Under the pieces are notes generated by a model. The model was not told the origin of the DNA. It saw nothing but the letters and a program-made list of their open reading frames with translations, and made no database searches. A stretch of 64,000 nt of DNA from Candidatus Wallbacteria bacterium (lineage in GTDB: Bacteria > Muiribacteriota > JAQTZZ01): positions 9,348 to 73,347 of the forward strand of contig JAQTZZ010000014.1 in the NCBI GenBank assembly GCA_028687545.1. Direction: 5' to 3'. Below are positions 27,658 to 36,428 of this stretch, piece after piece. How positions within the stretch are numbered: position 1 is the stretch's first letter; each line of letters begins with the position of its first letter. The position numbers and the translations under genes were made by a program.

Positions 27658-28311
27658 TCACTCTTTTTCCAGTTCCAGATAATCCAGGGCTGCCTGAGCC
27701 TTTTTTTTCAGAGAATTGACGAATTTATCGTATTTGTTGTCCGATTTTTCATGAGCGGTCGTGAGGTCATCCAAGGCCTTTTTGAGAAAGTCCCTTTTTT
27801 CTGAAGTCCCGCGCTCTGTTTCCGCAAGCTGGAAATTGCAGTAAGCCCGGCCGAAATAATACTTCGCCTCATCCTGCTTCTGAACCCTGGCTTTGGAGAG
27901 GGCAATCTCAAACAAACCCAGTGCGGCCGTATATTCAAAGAACTTCACGTTCAACCAGGCCAGTCTGTAATCAGACAATGGATCTGGAATCGACAGGGAT
28001 TTGCTGGAATCAGCTTTTTTAGGATCAAATCCAATCTCGGAATCTACCTGGAAATCCACCAGATCATAATCATCTTTTTTCTTCTGCAGCAATTCCAGTT
28101 TTTTCGCGGATTTCTGATAACCGGAGTAGAGAATTTTGGAATGCTGGTCATCTGCGGAAAAACGCTTCACATAGTCGGTATATTCAGCAAACTGCCGGTT
28201 GACCTGATCGCGGAGGTCTGAAAGTTCGTCGGCAGACAGAACTGCTGAGAACAATATAAAAAAGAGAGTAAAGCAGGCTTTACTCTCTTTCATTATCTTA
28301 TCCACAATCAT
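27658..28311 (-). CDS. Hypothetical secreted helical protein
   Basis: Signal peptide from MKESKAC (ATG 28293); TPR-like C-terminal half. Confidence 0.65.
   Translation of the reverse strand: MIVDKIMKESKACFTLFFILFSAVLSADELSDLRDQVNRQFAEYTDYVKRFSADDQHSKILYSGYQKSAKKLELLQKKKDDYDLVDFQVDSEIGFDPKKADSSKSLSIPDPLSDYRLAWLNVKFFEYTAALGLFEIALSKARVQKQDEAKYYFGRAYCNFQLAETERGTSEKRDFLKKALDDLTTAHEKSDNKYDKFVNSLKKKAQAALDYLELEKE
28261..28290 (-). terminator. Terminator-like hairpin after rpsI
   Basis: Perfect 14-bp IR AAAGAGAGTAAAGC/GCTTTACTCTCTTT followed on the minus strand by TTTATATT. Confidence 0.6.
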
Positions 28312-28320
28312 CAGCCGGAA

Positions 28321-28710
28321 TCAGCGCTTGGAGTACTGATAGCGGGCCCTGGCGCCCTTCTGTCCGTACTTCTTGCGTTCCTTCATCCTGGAGTCCCTGG
28401 TGAGAAACCCGGCTTTCTTCAAAGGCGCTCTGAGATTTTCATCCACCCTGATCAGAGCCCTGCTGATGCCATGCCTGATGGCCTGGGCCTGTCCGGTGAA
28501 TCCACCGCCGTTGACACGGATGAAGATATCAAAATTCTTTTCCAGATTCGTGATCATCAGAGGGGATTTCACGAAGCCGATCAGCTTCTGCTGATTGGCA
28601 AGGTATTCCTCCATGGTACGCTCGTTGATGGTAATGGCTCCGGTCCCCTCGGACATGCGCACACGGGCCACCGAGGTCTTCCTTCTGCCGCATCCTACGT
28701 AAACTTGCAT
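28321..28710 (-). CDS. rpsI: 30S ribosomal protein S9
   Basis: [44 protein letters not shown]. Confidence 0.99.
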   Translation of the reverse strand: MQVYVGCGRRKTSVARVRMSEGTGAITINERTMEEYLANQQKLIGFVKSPLMITNLEKNFDIFIRVNGGGFTGQAQAIRHGISRALIRVDENLRAPLKKAGFLTRDSRMKERKKYGQKGARARYQYSKR

Positions 28711-28720
28711 CTATTCCTCC

Positions 28721-29149
28721 TTAAAGCTCAATTTTTTCTGGATTCTGGGCTTCGTGCGGGTGAACGCTACCTGTGTAGACCTTCAGGCGGGTCAATTTAT
28801 GGGGGCTGAGCCTGTTTTTCGGCAGCATACCCTTTACTGCACCATGGATCACCCGTTCCGGGTCAGTGGAGATTACTTCTTCGAAAGTCTTCGACTTTAG
28901 TCCACCCGGATAGCCGGTATATTTATAGTACATCTTCTGCGTCATTTTGCGCCCTGTCACACGGATTTTGTCCGCATTCACCACAACCACGAAATCTCCG
29001 GAGTCGGTATGCGGAGTGTAGGTCACCTCATTTTTGCCGTTCAATATGTCGGCGATCCGGGTGGCGAGTCTCCCCAGTATCTGATTCTCGGCATCGATCA
29101 GGTACCATTTCCTTTTAACCTCTTCCTGCTTCTGAGTATAGGTTTTCAT
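28721..29149 (-). CDS. rplM: 50S ribosomal protein L13
   Basis: [35 protein letters not shown]. Confidence 0.99.
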   Translation of the reverse strand: MKTYTQKQEEVKRKWYLIDAENQILGRLATRIADILNGKNEVTYTPHTDSGDFVVVVNADKIRVTGRKMTQKMYYKYTGYPGGLKSKTFEEVISTDPERVIHGAVKGMLPKNRLSPHKLTRLKVYTGSVHPHEAQNPEKIEL

Positions 29150-29165
29150 TCAATCCTCCCAAGGA

Positions 29166-29912
29166 TTACGTGTAAATTACTTTTGCAAGGTACAAACCAT
29201 TCGGAGGCGCTTTTTCCGGCAGGTTCACCTTGCCCGGGTGCGAAAGCTGCAGCTGCAGTGCTTCCGGTTTGATATACCCCGCACCACAGTGCAGAAGCAT
29301 CGAGGTCAGCACCCGGACCATGCCTCTCAGGAAGCCGTCTCCTTCAAAAGTGAAGATGGTTCCTTCTCTGTTTTCTGTTACTTCCAGGCTGTAGAGACGT
29401 TTCACCGTGTTTGTCCGGGGCTCCAGATTGGCGGCAAACCCGGCAAAATCATGCTCGCCTAGAAAAATCTCCGCCGTCCGCTGCACCAGAGTTTTATCGA
29501 AGCTGCGCTTCCGCCAGAACCAGCAGTAATTCCGCAGCCAGGGTTCCAATTCCCCGGTCTTCACCCAGTAAAGGTAAACCTTACGCTTGACCGAGTAACG
29601 GGAATGGAAATCCGCAGGGACAGTATAAACACTCCGCACGGTGATTTCACCGTTCAGCGAATGGTTGAGAAGAAGTTTAATTTTTTCAAGAGGAACTTGC
29701 AAGCTTTTTGTTTTGAAATTGACCACCTGACCTAGAGCATGCACTCCTGTGTCGGTTCTGCCTGAACCGGCGATGGTAAGTTTATGTCCCACAATGGGTT
29801 TCAGTGCTTCTTCCAGACAGCCCTGCACTGTCCTTGCTTTCGGCTGTCGCTGGAATCCATGGAAACAGGAGCCGTCATAGCTGATGGTGAGGGCGATGTT
29901 CAGCTCATCCAT
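29166..29912 (-). CDS. truA: tRNA pseudouridine(38-40) synthase
   Basis: YDGSCFHGFQRQ, GSGRTDTGVHA, GEHDF, FLRGMVR, APPNGLYL. Confidence 0.96.
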   Translation of the reverse strand: MDELNIALTISYDGSCFHGFQRQPKARTVQGCLEEALKPIVGHKLTIAGSGRTDTGVHALGQVVNFKTKSLQVPLEKIKLLLNHSLNGEITVRSVYTVPADFHSRYSVKRKVYLYWVKTGELEPWLRNYCWFWRKRSFDKTLVQRTAEIFLGEHDFAGFAANLEPRTNTVKRLYSLEVTENREGTIFTFEGDGFLRGMVRVLTSMLLHCGAGYIKPEALQLQLSHPGKVNLPEKAPPNGLYLAKVIYT

Positions 29913-30727
29913 ATTATTAAAAGACCGAGCTTGCATGAAACAAACAGAGACACGAACAGGAGCAATGCAGCAAAATCAATAGTTTTAAGTCGATACTCCC
30001 TGAGGGAGGTCCGGCCTTCTCCTCCTGTGTAACATCTGACTTCCATCGCCAGAGAAAGTTCGTCCGCTCTCTTGAAGGAATTAAAAAACAGAGGGAGCAG
30101 CAGTGAGGATACTTTTCTGAGTCTGACAATGAAATTTCCCTTCCCGAAGTTGATCCCGCGGGCGATCTGAGCTTTGATGATCTTGTCAAGCTCCCGCGCC
30201 AGTATCGGGATAAAGCGCAGTGCAATGGTAGTCATCAGGGCGAATTCGTGCACAGGAAATCCGATTTTCTTCAAAGGTTTTCCCAGTTTTTCCAAGGCAT
30301 AAGTCAGATCAACTGGGGACGTTGTCAGAGTAAGCAGGGTGGTGGTCATTACCAGAAGCAGCAGCCTGGAAATGACGATCAAGGTTTGAGAAAGCCCCTG
30401 GTCAGTGATTTTTAAAATCCAGAAACTGAAAATCACTTTCCCGTCTGTGATGAATAAAAGATTCATTAGAGTGACAAAGATTACTAGAAACAGGACAGCC
30501 CTCAATCCGCGGATAAAATGATAGAATCGCAGACGGGCCAGCAGGATCAGGTCGCTGATGAATAAAAACAGCAGTAAATACAGGAAAATGGTTTTCACAA
30601 CAAAGACATTGGCGATGAAAATGAACATCAGGATCACTTTCATCCTGGCGTCCAGATGATGGAGATAAGAATTTCCAGGAATATACTGCCCCAGGGAAAA
30701 GTCCCTCAGATAGCTAAGCATCAGCAC
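29900..30727 (-). CDS. ecfT: ECF transporter transmembrane component
   Basis: HLDARMK, IALRFIP, AQIARG, LAMEVRCY. Confidence 0.95.
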   Translation of the reverse strand: MLMLSYLRDFSLGQYIPGNSYLHHLDARMKVILMFIFIANVFVVKTIFLYLLLFLFISDLILLARLRFYHFIRGLRAVLFLVIFVTLMNLLFITDGKVIFSFWILKITDQGLSQTLIVISRLLLLVMTTTLLTLTTSPVDLTYALEKLGKPLKKIGFPVHEFALMTTIALRFIPILARELDKIIKAQIARGINFGKGNFIVRLRKVSSLLLPLFFNSFKRADELSLAMEVRCYTGGEGRTSLREYRLKTIDFAALLLFVSLFVSCKLGLLIIWMS

Positions 30728-31541
30728 CCCGCTTCATCCGCTCTGAAAGCAGGGCGAGTGCCGATTCGCGGGACCTCCATCCTGAATCGATTTCTCCGAT
30801 CACCGTGTCCATTACTCTGACTATCAGCGGCCTTTTCAACCCGAACCGGGTAAATTTATCACAATTCAAAAGCTCAGCAGTAGTGCCTTTGAAGGCGATT
30901 CCCCCGTCCCCAAGCACACAGACCCGGTCCAGGTACCCAAGCAGTTCCTGGTCGTGGGTAATCACGATCAGAGTGAACTTTTCCTCAGAATGGATTGCAA
31001 AGAGCTGCTGGATGAATTCCTTCCGACTTTTGGGATCAAGTCCGACAGTCGGTTCATCCAGAATCAGGACTTCAGGTTTCAAAACAAGAATTCCAGCCAG
31101 CGCTACCCTTCTCATTTCACCACCTGAAAGCGAAAATGGGGATCTGGAAAAACAGGCCGGCCTGATCTTGAGAAACGCACAGGCCCATTCGATTCTGCGC
31201 CGCACTTCTTCAGATGGAAGCACAAGTTCATTCAAGCCATAACCGATGTCCTCGTAGACAGTTTCAGCGAACAACTGATGTTCAGGGTACTGGAGGACAT
31301 ATCCAATGCCGATCCCGGCTTCCCTGTCTTTCGAGAGCTCCACCGTCACTCTGCCTTTTGTAGGTTTGATCAACCCCCCGATCAATTGAGCCAGGGTGGT
31401 TTTTCCGGTTCCGGTGCGCCCGAGTAACCCGAAAACCTCTTCAGCTTGAATCTCAAGGTCAATCTCACGAAAAACAGGATATTCAAAAGGGGTGTCTTGA
31501 GAATAAATAAATGATAGTTTTTCTAGTGTGATCTTTGTCAA
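30714..31541 (-). CDS. ecfA2: ECF transporter ATPase (EcfA2 type)
   Basis: IYSQDTPFE N-terminus, GRTGTGKT, QYPEHQLF, SPFSLSGGEMRR, LDEPTVGLDP; TTG start. Confidence 0.88.
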   Translation of the reverse strand: MTKITLEKLSFIYSQDTPFEYPVFREIDLEIQAEEVFGLLGRTGTGKTTLAQLIGGLIKPTKGRVTVELSKDREAGIGIGYVLQYPEHQLFAETVYEDIGYGLNELVLPSEEVRRRIEWACAFLKIRPACFSRSPFSLSGGEMRRVALAGILVLKPEVLILDEPTVGLDPKSRKEFIQQLFAIHSEEKFTLIVITHDQELLGYLDRVCVLGDGGIAFKGTTAELLNCDKFTRFGLKRPLIVRVMDTVIGEIDSGWRSRESALALLSERMKRGADA

Positions 31542-31557
31542 GGTTAAATAAAAAGAG

Positions 31558-31591
31558 CTCTGCGTACATGATTTTAAGCATGTACGCAGAG
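31558..31591 (-). terminator. Intrinsic terminator
   Basis: Perfect 13-bp stem CTCTGCGTACATG/CATGTACGCAGAG followed on the minus strand by CTCTTTTTATTT. Confidence 0.75.
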
Positions 31592-31599
31592 TTGATCGA

Positions 31600-31857
31600 T
31601 TACTTTACATCTTTCTCGTCAAGCTTCAATCCGGTGAGGATTGCGTAGCTCAGCGCGATGTTTGCGAATACCAGGATCATGTTGGCGATCTCGAAGCAGC
31701 GGTTGACAAAGAACAACCTGCCCATCGCCAGATCTGCTGATACGATCGTGTCATCAGGAACCTGCATGTAGTTGATGGAAAAGAAGATTCCTCCGAACAT
31801 GATCACAAGCGACATGATTAGCAAAGTAAAAGCGGACATTTTGTAAAGCTTATACAC
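31600..31857 (-). CDS. Small 2-TM membrane protein
   Basis: GGAGG 8 nt before GTG 31857, overlapping the mazG stop; two hydrophobic segments. The track's 32034 start is unlikely. Confidence 0.65.
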   Translation of the reverse strand: MYKLYKMSAFTLLIMSLVIMFGGIFFSINYMQVPDDTIVSADLAMGRLFFVNRCFEIANMILVFANIALSYAILTGLKLDEKDVK

Positions 31858-32626
31858 TGCTTTCACCTCCTTTCTTTGTTTTTTTAGCTTTATTCCACAG
31901 TACATCAAGTAAATGTGGATCAGCTTCAATTTTTTGACGTTCAGGCTCTTTCCCGAGCAAGGAATCAACCTGTTCGACCCGCTGTTTGAATTTCCTGTTG
32001 GCCGAAAGCAGGCTGAGTTCAGGGTTGATCTCAAGAAACCGGCCGAGATTTACAATAGAGAACAGCACATCCCCGAATTCTTCTTCCAGGTCATCAGTGC
32101 TTCCCTTCTGATATATTTTTTCAAGTTCACTCAGCTCCTCTTTCAATTTTCCAATCACATCACTTCCGCTTTCAAACTCAAGACCTATCCGCTTGGCTCT
32201 TCTCTGATACTTTTCCGCCTGCAGTAAAGCCGGCAGTTCTCCAGGAACCCCCTCGAAAATTCCCTTTTTTCCTTCCTTGGATTTGAACTTATCCCATTCA
32301 TTCACCACTTCTTCAGGGGTATTGAGAGTCATGTTTTCAAAAACATGGGGGTGTCTGTTGATCATCTTTTCTGTGATCCCTTGTGCCACATCTGAGAAAG
32401 TGAATTTTCCTTCATCCTCGGCGATTTCAGCCTGGAATACGATCTGCATCAGGAGATCCCCAAGTTCTTCGCAGAGTTTCCGGTAATCCCCTTCTTCCAT
32501 TGCATCCAGCACTTCATATGTCTCTTCCAGCAGGTAAGGTCTCAGGCTCTTGATGGTCTGAACTCTGTCCCAGGGACACCCTCCCGGAGCACGTAATCTC
32601 TTCATGACTTCAAGCAGTTTGTCCAT
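31850..32626 (-). CDS. mazG: Nucleoside triphosphate pyrophosphohydrolase MazG
   Basis: GCPWDRVQT, LEETYEV, EELGDLL, RHPHVF, EEFGDVLF. Confidence 0.96.
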   Translation of the reverse strand: MDKLLEVMKRLRAPGGCPWDRVQTIKSLRPYLLEETYEVLDAMEEGDYRKLCEELGDLLMQIVFQAEIAEDEGKFTFSDVAQGITEKMINRHPHVFENMTLNTPEEVVNEWDKFKSKEGKKGIFEGVPGELPALLQAEKYQRRAKRIGLEFESGSDVIGKLKEELSELEKIYQKGSTDDLEEEFGDVLFSIVNLGRFLEINPELSLLSANRKFKQRVEQVDSLLGKEPERQKIEADPHLLDVLWNKAKKTKKGGESSV

Positions 32627-34431
32627 TAATTTTTCGGTAACCTTTCCGGATAAACCTCTATCCTGCTCCGCTCCCGTAACTGCCTGAGCCAGTTCAGGTA
32701 AAATTCCTGGACCATGGCACTCCGGTAAGAGCTTTCTCCCTCTGCCAGCTGATCTTTACGGGCCTGATCCTCTCTGATGTCAGTGACCATGAGGATATGG
32801 AATCCGAAAGAGCTGTGGACAATCTCGCTGATCTCACCAGTGCCAAGGGAAAAAACCGCGCTTTCCAGAGGTTCCCCAAGCATTCCCTTGCTGAAATACC
32901 CAAGGTCGCCTCCACGCATCCTGCTGGAATCTCCATTCCAGGTCGTGGCAAGCTTGACAAAATCTCCACCATTCCTCAATTCTTTCAAAGTCTGCTTGCT
33001 CCTGACTTCTGCACTTGTCACCTCATCGGTAGAATTCTTGTCCGCCTTTAGAAAGATGTGGGAAACCCTCACCTGTTTCACAAAATCAGCGAAGAATTTC
33101 TGCTTGAACTTCTCATTATTCGTGACATTTTCGGCGATTTTTTTATCGATGTAACTGTTGATCAGAAGATTTTTCTCCATTGAAGCCAGTTTCCCCTGGC
33201 ATTCCGGATCGGATGGCAGCTTGCTCTTCTCAGCCAGCAGATAAAGTTTCTGGTCGTCGATCATCTTGTGCAACAGCCTTACCCGTTCGTCCGTCCGCTC
33301 ATACGCCTTGTGAACCATGGCGGGCATTTTCTTGATCTGTTCGAGAAGATCATGAAAAGTGATTTCATCAGTTTCAACAGTTGCGATCACTGTTTCAGGA
33401 GGCAAATTCTGCTTGTTAAGCAAGTCTTCCCTGATATCACTCTTGTAATCTGCAAGAGTCTGTTCTTTCCAAAGTTCATACCGCTGAGTAGCTTCTTTAC
33501 GTTTCAGCGTATCCCGAATCTCTTCCCTGACATTTTCGAGCGGACGCAGAATATTTTCCCTGATCTCCTCAACCTTCAAAAGGTAATATCCTCCAGGAGT
33601 CTCGACAGGCTCGGAAACATCTCCAGGCTTGGCTTTTTCAACAAAATCATTCAGCGGTTTGATGAGTGCATCCGGTGTAAAAAAGCCGAGGTCTCCTCCA
33701 TTACTGCGGGTAGCGTCATCCTCACTGTATTTCCGGGCGGCTTCGGCAAAATCCAGTGCCTTGAGTTCCTGCAAAATAGATCCGGTCTTTTCCAGCGCTT
33801 CTTCCTTGGAACGCCCGTTGTCTGTGGAAATGAGTATCTGTCTGGCATGGATCTGCTTCGAAATCTTGAAGGTATCCTGATGTTCTATATAATATTTCTC
33901 GATTTCGCTGGACTCGATCTCCAGCTTGTCGAAGATGGAATTATATCGCTGATTACCGAATTCGCTGGAAATCAGTTCTCTGCTTACCCGGCCGAGAAGC
34001 TGCTTATATGCCGGATCATCATAAAAACGTTCCTCCCTGATTTCGTTCATGATCAGATACATGTCCACCATGCGATTCAGAAACTCCATACTGGAAACTT
34101 TCTGCCTCTGGTCACTGGGAATATTGTCAAGCTCTTCCTGGAACATTTCCAGATTGATCTCTTCGCTGTTGATCTTTGCAAGAATCACGGTTTCCTGCGA
34201 AGACTGGTCTTCGCCGGCATCGAAGATTTCCCCTGTCACGCTCTGTAAAATCGCAGAAACTTTATCTTCCTGGGTCTCAACAGTATTCTGTGGTAACTGG
34301 GGAACCGGAACCACCAATTGCTTGGGAGCCAATCCCGCAGGTCCGGCAGGAGGTCCCCCGCATCCGGTTATAATAAGAAAAGGCAGAAACAGCAGGGGTT
34401 TCAATAACACCCGGAATTTTCTCATCCGCAT
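32626..34431 (-). CDS. Parvulin-type peptidylprolyl isomerase lipoprotein with two PPIase domains
   Basis: Lipobox ITGC; ARQILI..YSED..GGDLGFF and SHIFL..GGDLGYFSKG..SSFGFHI. Confidence 0.9.
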   Translation of the reverse strand: MRMRKFRVLLKPLLFLPFLIITGCGGPPAGPAGLAPKQLVVPVPQLPQNTVETQEDKVSAILQSVTGEIFDAGEDQSSQETVILAKINSEEINLEMFQEELDNIPSDQRQKVSSMEFLNRMVDMYLIMNEIREERFYDDPAYKQLLGRVSRELISSEFGNQRYNSIFDKLEIESSEIEKYYIEHQDTFKISKQIHARQILISTDNGRSKEEALEKTGSILQELKALDFAEAARKYSEDDATRSNGGDLGFFTPDALIKPLNDFVEKAKPGDVSEPVETPGGYYLLKVEEIRENILRPLENVREEIRDTLKRKEATQRYELWKEQTLADYKSDIREDLLNKQNLPPETVIATVETDEITFHDLLEQIKKMPAMVHKAYERTDERVRLLHKMIDDQKLYLLAEKSKLPSDPECQGKLASMEKNLLINSYIDKKIAENVTNNEKFKQKFFADFVKQVRVSHIFLKADKNSTDEVTSAEVRSKQTLKELRNGGDFVKLATTWNGDSSRMRGGDLGYFSKGMLGEPLESAVFSLGTGEISEIVHSSFGFHILMVTDIREDQARKDQLAEGESSYRSAMVQEFYLNWLRQLRERSRIEVYPERLPKN

Positions 34432-34565
34432 TTCCCGCGCCTGATTTTCAGCATATAGTCAAGTAATTTAATATATTCATGCCGATTAGGCAAATTTTTG
34501 TTAGTTACTCCAAAGATGGTAAGTGGTACAAAACCAAAAAAGAGCTCCACAACCGTAAGTGCAGA

Positions 34566-35366
34566 TTACTTGGTGAAAATTATTCTGAGTCCAACCATAG
34601 CCAGGGCCATGGCCAGACAGAGGACTATCCATTTGCCCTGAACTCGCCTGGATAATCCCGCCCCTAACTGGGCACCAATCACCACACCCAGAGAAATCGC
34701 TGCAGTCATCTGGGCTCCATGAACAAAGGCTCCTCGGGCGATGTGCACGATGGTACCGGTGAGGGCTACTATGACCAGTATGAAATGTGAAGTCGCAGTA
34801 GCAATATGCACCGGAAAATTGAGGCAATAGATCAGAAGCGGCACATGGATAATTCCTCCGCCGATTCCCAGCAGACTGGAAAGGTATCCGACAAAAAAAC
34901 CGAATTGCATACCTAAAGCCGGGTTAAAGGAATAATTATAGTTGTTGCCGTCCCTGTCGATGATCTGCCTGAAAATCGTTTTCCCGGCCGGCGGACCTTT
35001 TCCGGCCTTTTTTTCTCGATTAAAGGCAAGAAAAACGGATGCCAGAATCATCAGAACCCCAAAAACAATGTTGAACAATCGCCTGGGGATATATGCTGTC
35101 GTAAAAGCTCCTAAAATTGCGCCTGGAACCGTAGTCATTGAAAACAGCAGGCTCGATTTATAATCGATCTTCCCCATCCTGGCATAAGCAAACGACCCTG
35201 ACAGGGAATTGAAAAACACCACAGCCAGAGAAATACTGGTCAAAAATTCGGGATTTTGATCCGGATACAGAAAAATCAGCACAGGCATCAGGATAAAACC
35301 GCCGCCCACCCCGATCAGCGTGCCCAGCGTACCTATGAAAAGTCCGAGCAGGATTAATCCGGCCAC
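34566..35366 (-). CDS. Sulfite exporter TauE/SafE family protein
   Basis: GTLIGVGGG, SSLLGIGGG, ATATS, GAQLGA. Confidence 0.92.
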   Translation of the reverse strand: MAGLILLGLFIGTLGTLIGVGGGFILMPVLIFLYPDQNPEFLTSISLAVVFFNSLSGSFAYARMGKIDYKSSLLFSMTTVPGAILGAFTTAYIPRRLFNIVFGVLMILASVFLAFNREKKAGKGPPAGKTIFRQIIDRDGNNYNYSFNPALGMQFGFFVGYLSSLLGIGGGIIHVPLLIYCLNFPVHIATATSHFILVIVALTGTIVHIARGAFVHGAQMTAAISLGVVIGAQLGAGLSRRVQGKWIVLCLAMALAMVGLRIIFTK

Positions 35367-35367
35367 G

Positions 35368-35760
35368 TTAGAACTGTCCGGTTTTCAGCAAAACCAGAGT
35401 GCAGGCATTCAGAGTATCAATTCCAAGCTGCTTCAATTCCGCGGATAGCTCAGGATTTTCAGCGCCAGGGTTGAAGATGACGCGCCTGGGCTTGGCCTTG
35501 ATGATCTCAGTACCCAGGCTGGCTGAATTAGCAGGAGAGAGATAAATGGTGATTGTATCAAGTATAACAGGTACATCAGACAGGTTACTGTATACAGGTA
35601 TTCCTTCGATTTCAGCAAAGACGGGATGCACAGGATAAACGGGATATCCTTTTTCCCTGAGAAGCATCAATGCCATGTAACTGTAACGCTCAGTTTTTCT
35701 GCTTGCTCCGAGCACGGCGACAGCACAGGATTCAGATCCGCATTTCTTCTCCTGGTTCAT
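35368..35760 (-). CDS. CoA-binding protein (YccU-like)
   Basis: VAVLGAS, VYPVHP, VIFNPGAEN, ACTLV. Confidence 0.92.
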   Translation of the reverse strand: MNQEKKCGSESCAVAVLGASRKTERYSYMALMLLREKGYPVYPVHPVFAEIEGIPVYSNLSDVPVILDTITIYLSPANSASLGTEIIKAKPRRVIFNPGAENPELSAELKQLGIDTLNACTLVLLKTGQF

Positions 35761-35771
35761 GAATGCCTCTC

Positions 35772-36287
35772 TTAAATTCTATATTTCTCCAGTATTCTAT
35801 AAATCAAAGGAACCAGCAGAATCTGGCAACAGATGCCAGGCAGTCCTGTGACAACACCTACTTTCAGGTAATCAGTCCAGGAAATATTGTAACCGGCCAG
35901 GGTGCTGAGCAGAAATACTGCATATGCAAGCACCGCCCTTCCGCAGAGCATCGCTGAGAACAGGGATAAAAACAGGTTTTTCATCAGCCCGAGATGAAGG
36001 AAGCCGGCGAAAAATCCATAAGCGCCCAGTTCGCAAGACATGAGCAGGGCTATAGGAATCGGGCTCAACGGCGGCATTCCGGTCAGCAGAAAACCCAGCA
36101 TCGGAGCCAGCATCCCCACGATCATCCCGTTCAGCTGTCCGGTCATCAGGCCGCAGAGCAATACCGGGATGTGCATGGGAAGAAAGACAGCCCCGGCAAG
36201 TCCGGACATGTGAAAAATCAGAGGTGCAAGCACTGACAGGCAGAGAAAGATCGAGGAGTAAACCAGATTACGAATATTCCGCTTCAT
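35772..36287 (-). CDS. ECF transporter S component
   Basis: FLPMHIPVLLCG, GMPP, ELGAYG; about 5 TM segments. Confidence 0.88.
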   Translation of the reverse strand: MKRNIRNLVYSSIFLCLSVLAPLIFHMSGLAGAVFLPMHIPVLLCGLMTGQLNGMIVGMLAPMLGFLLTGMPPLSPIPIALLMSCELGAYGFFAGFLHLGLMKNLFLSLFSAMLCGRAVLAYAVFLLSTLAGYNISWTDYLKVGVVTGLPGICCQILLVPLIYRILEKYRI

Positions 36288-36428
36288 GCTTTTTCATCTT
36301 ATCAGACACTGCCTGAAACAACAAATGTTCTGCCTGATCTCTCATCAGTAATTTGCTCAAAAACTGTTTTTAAGCTAATTTTGATTCATGCCTGCCGACA
36401 CGAATCTGATTTTTATTAATCATCAAAC

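Noticed and set aside
34501-34827. 108-aa ORF
   Set aside because: Alternate frame inside the TauE/SafE gene.
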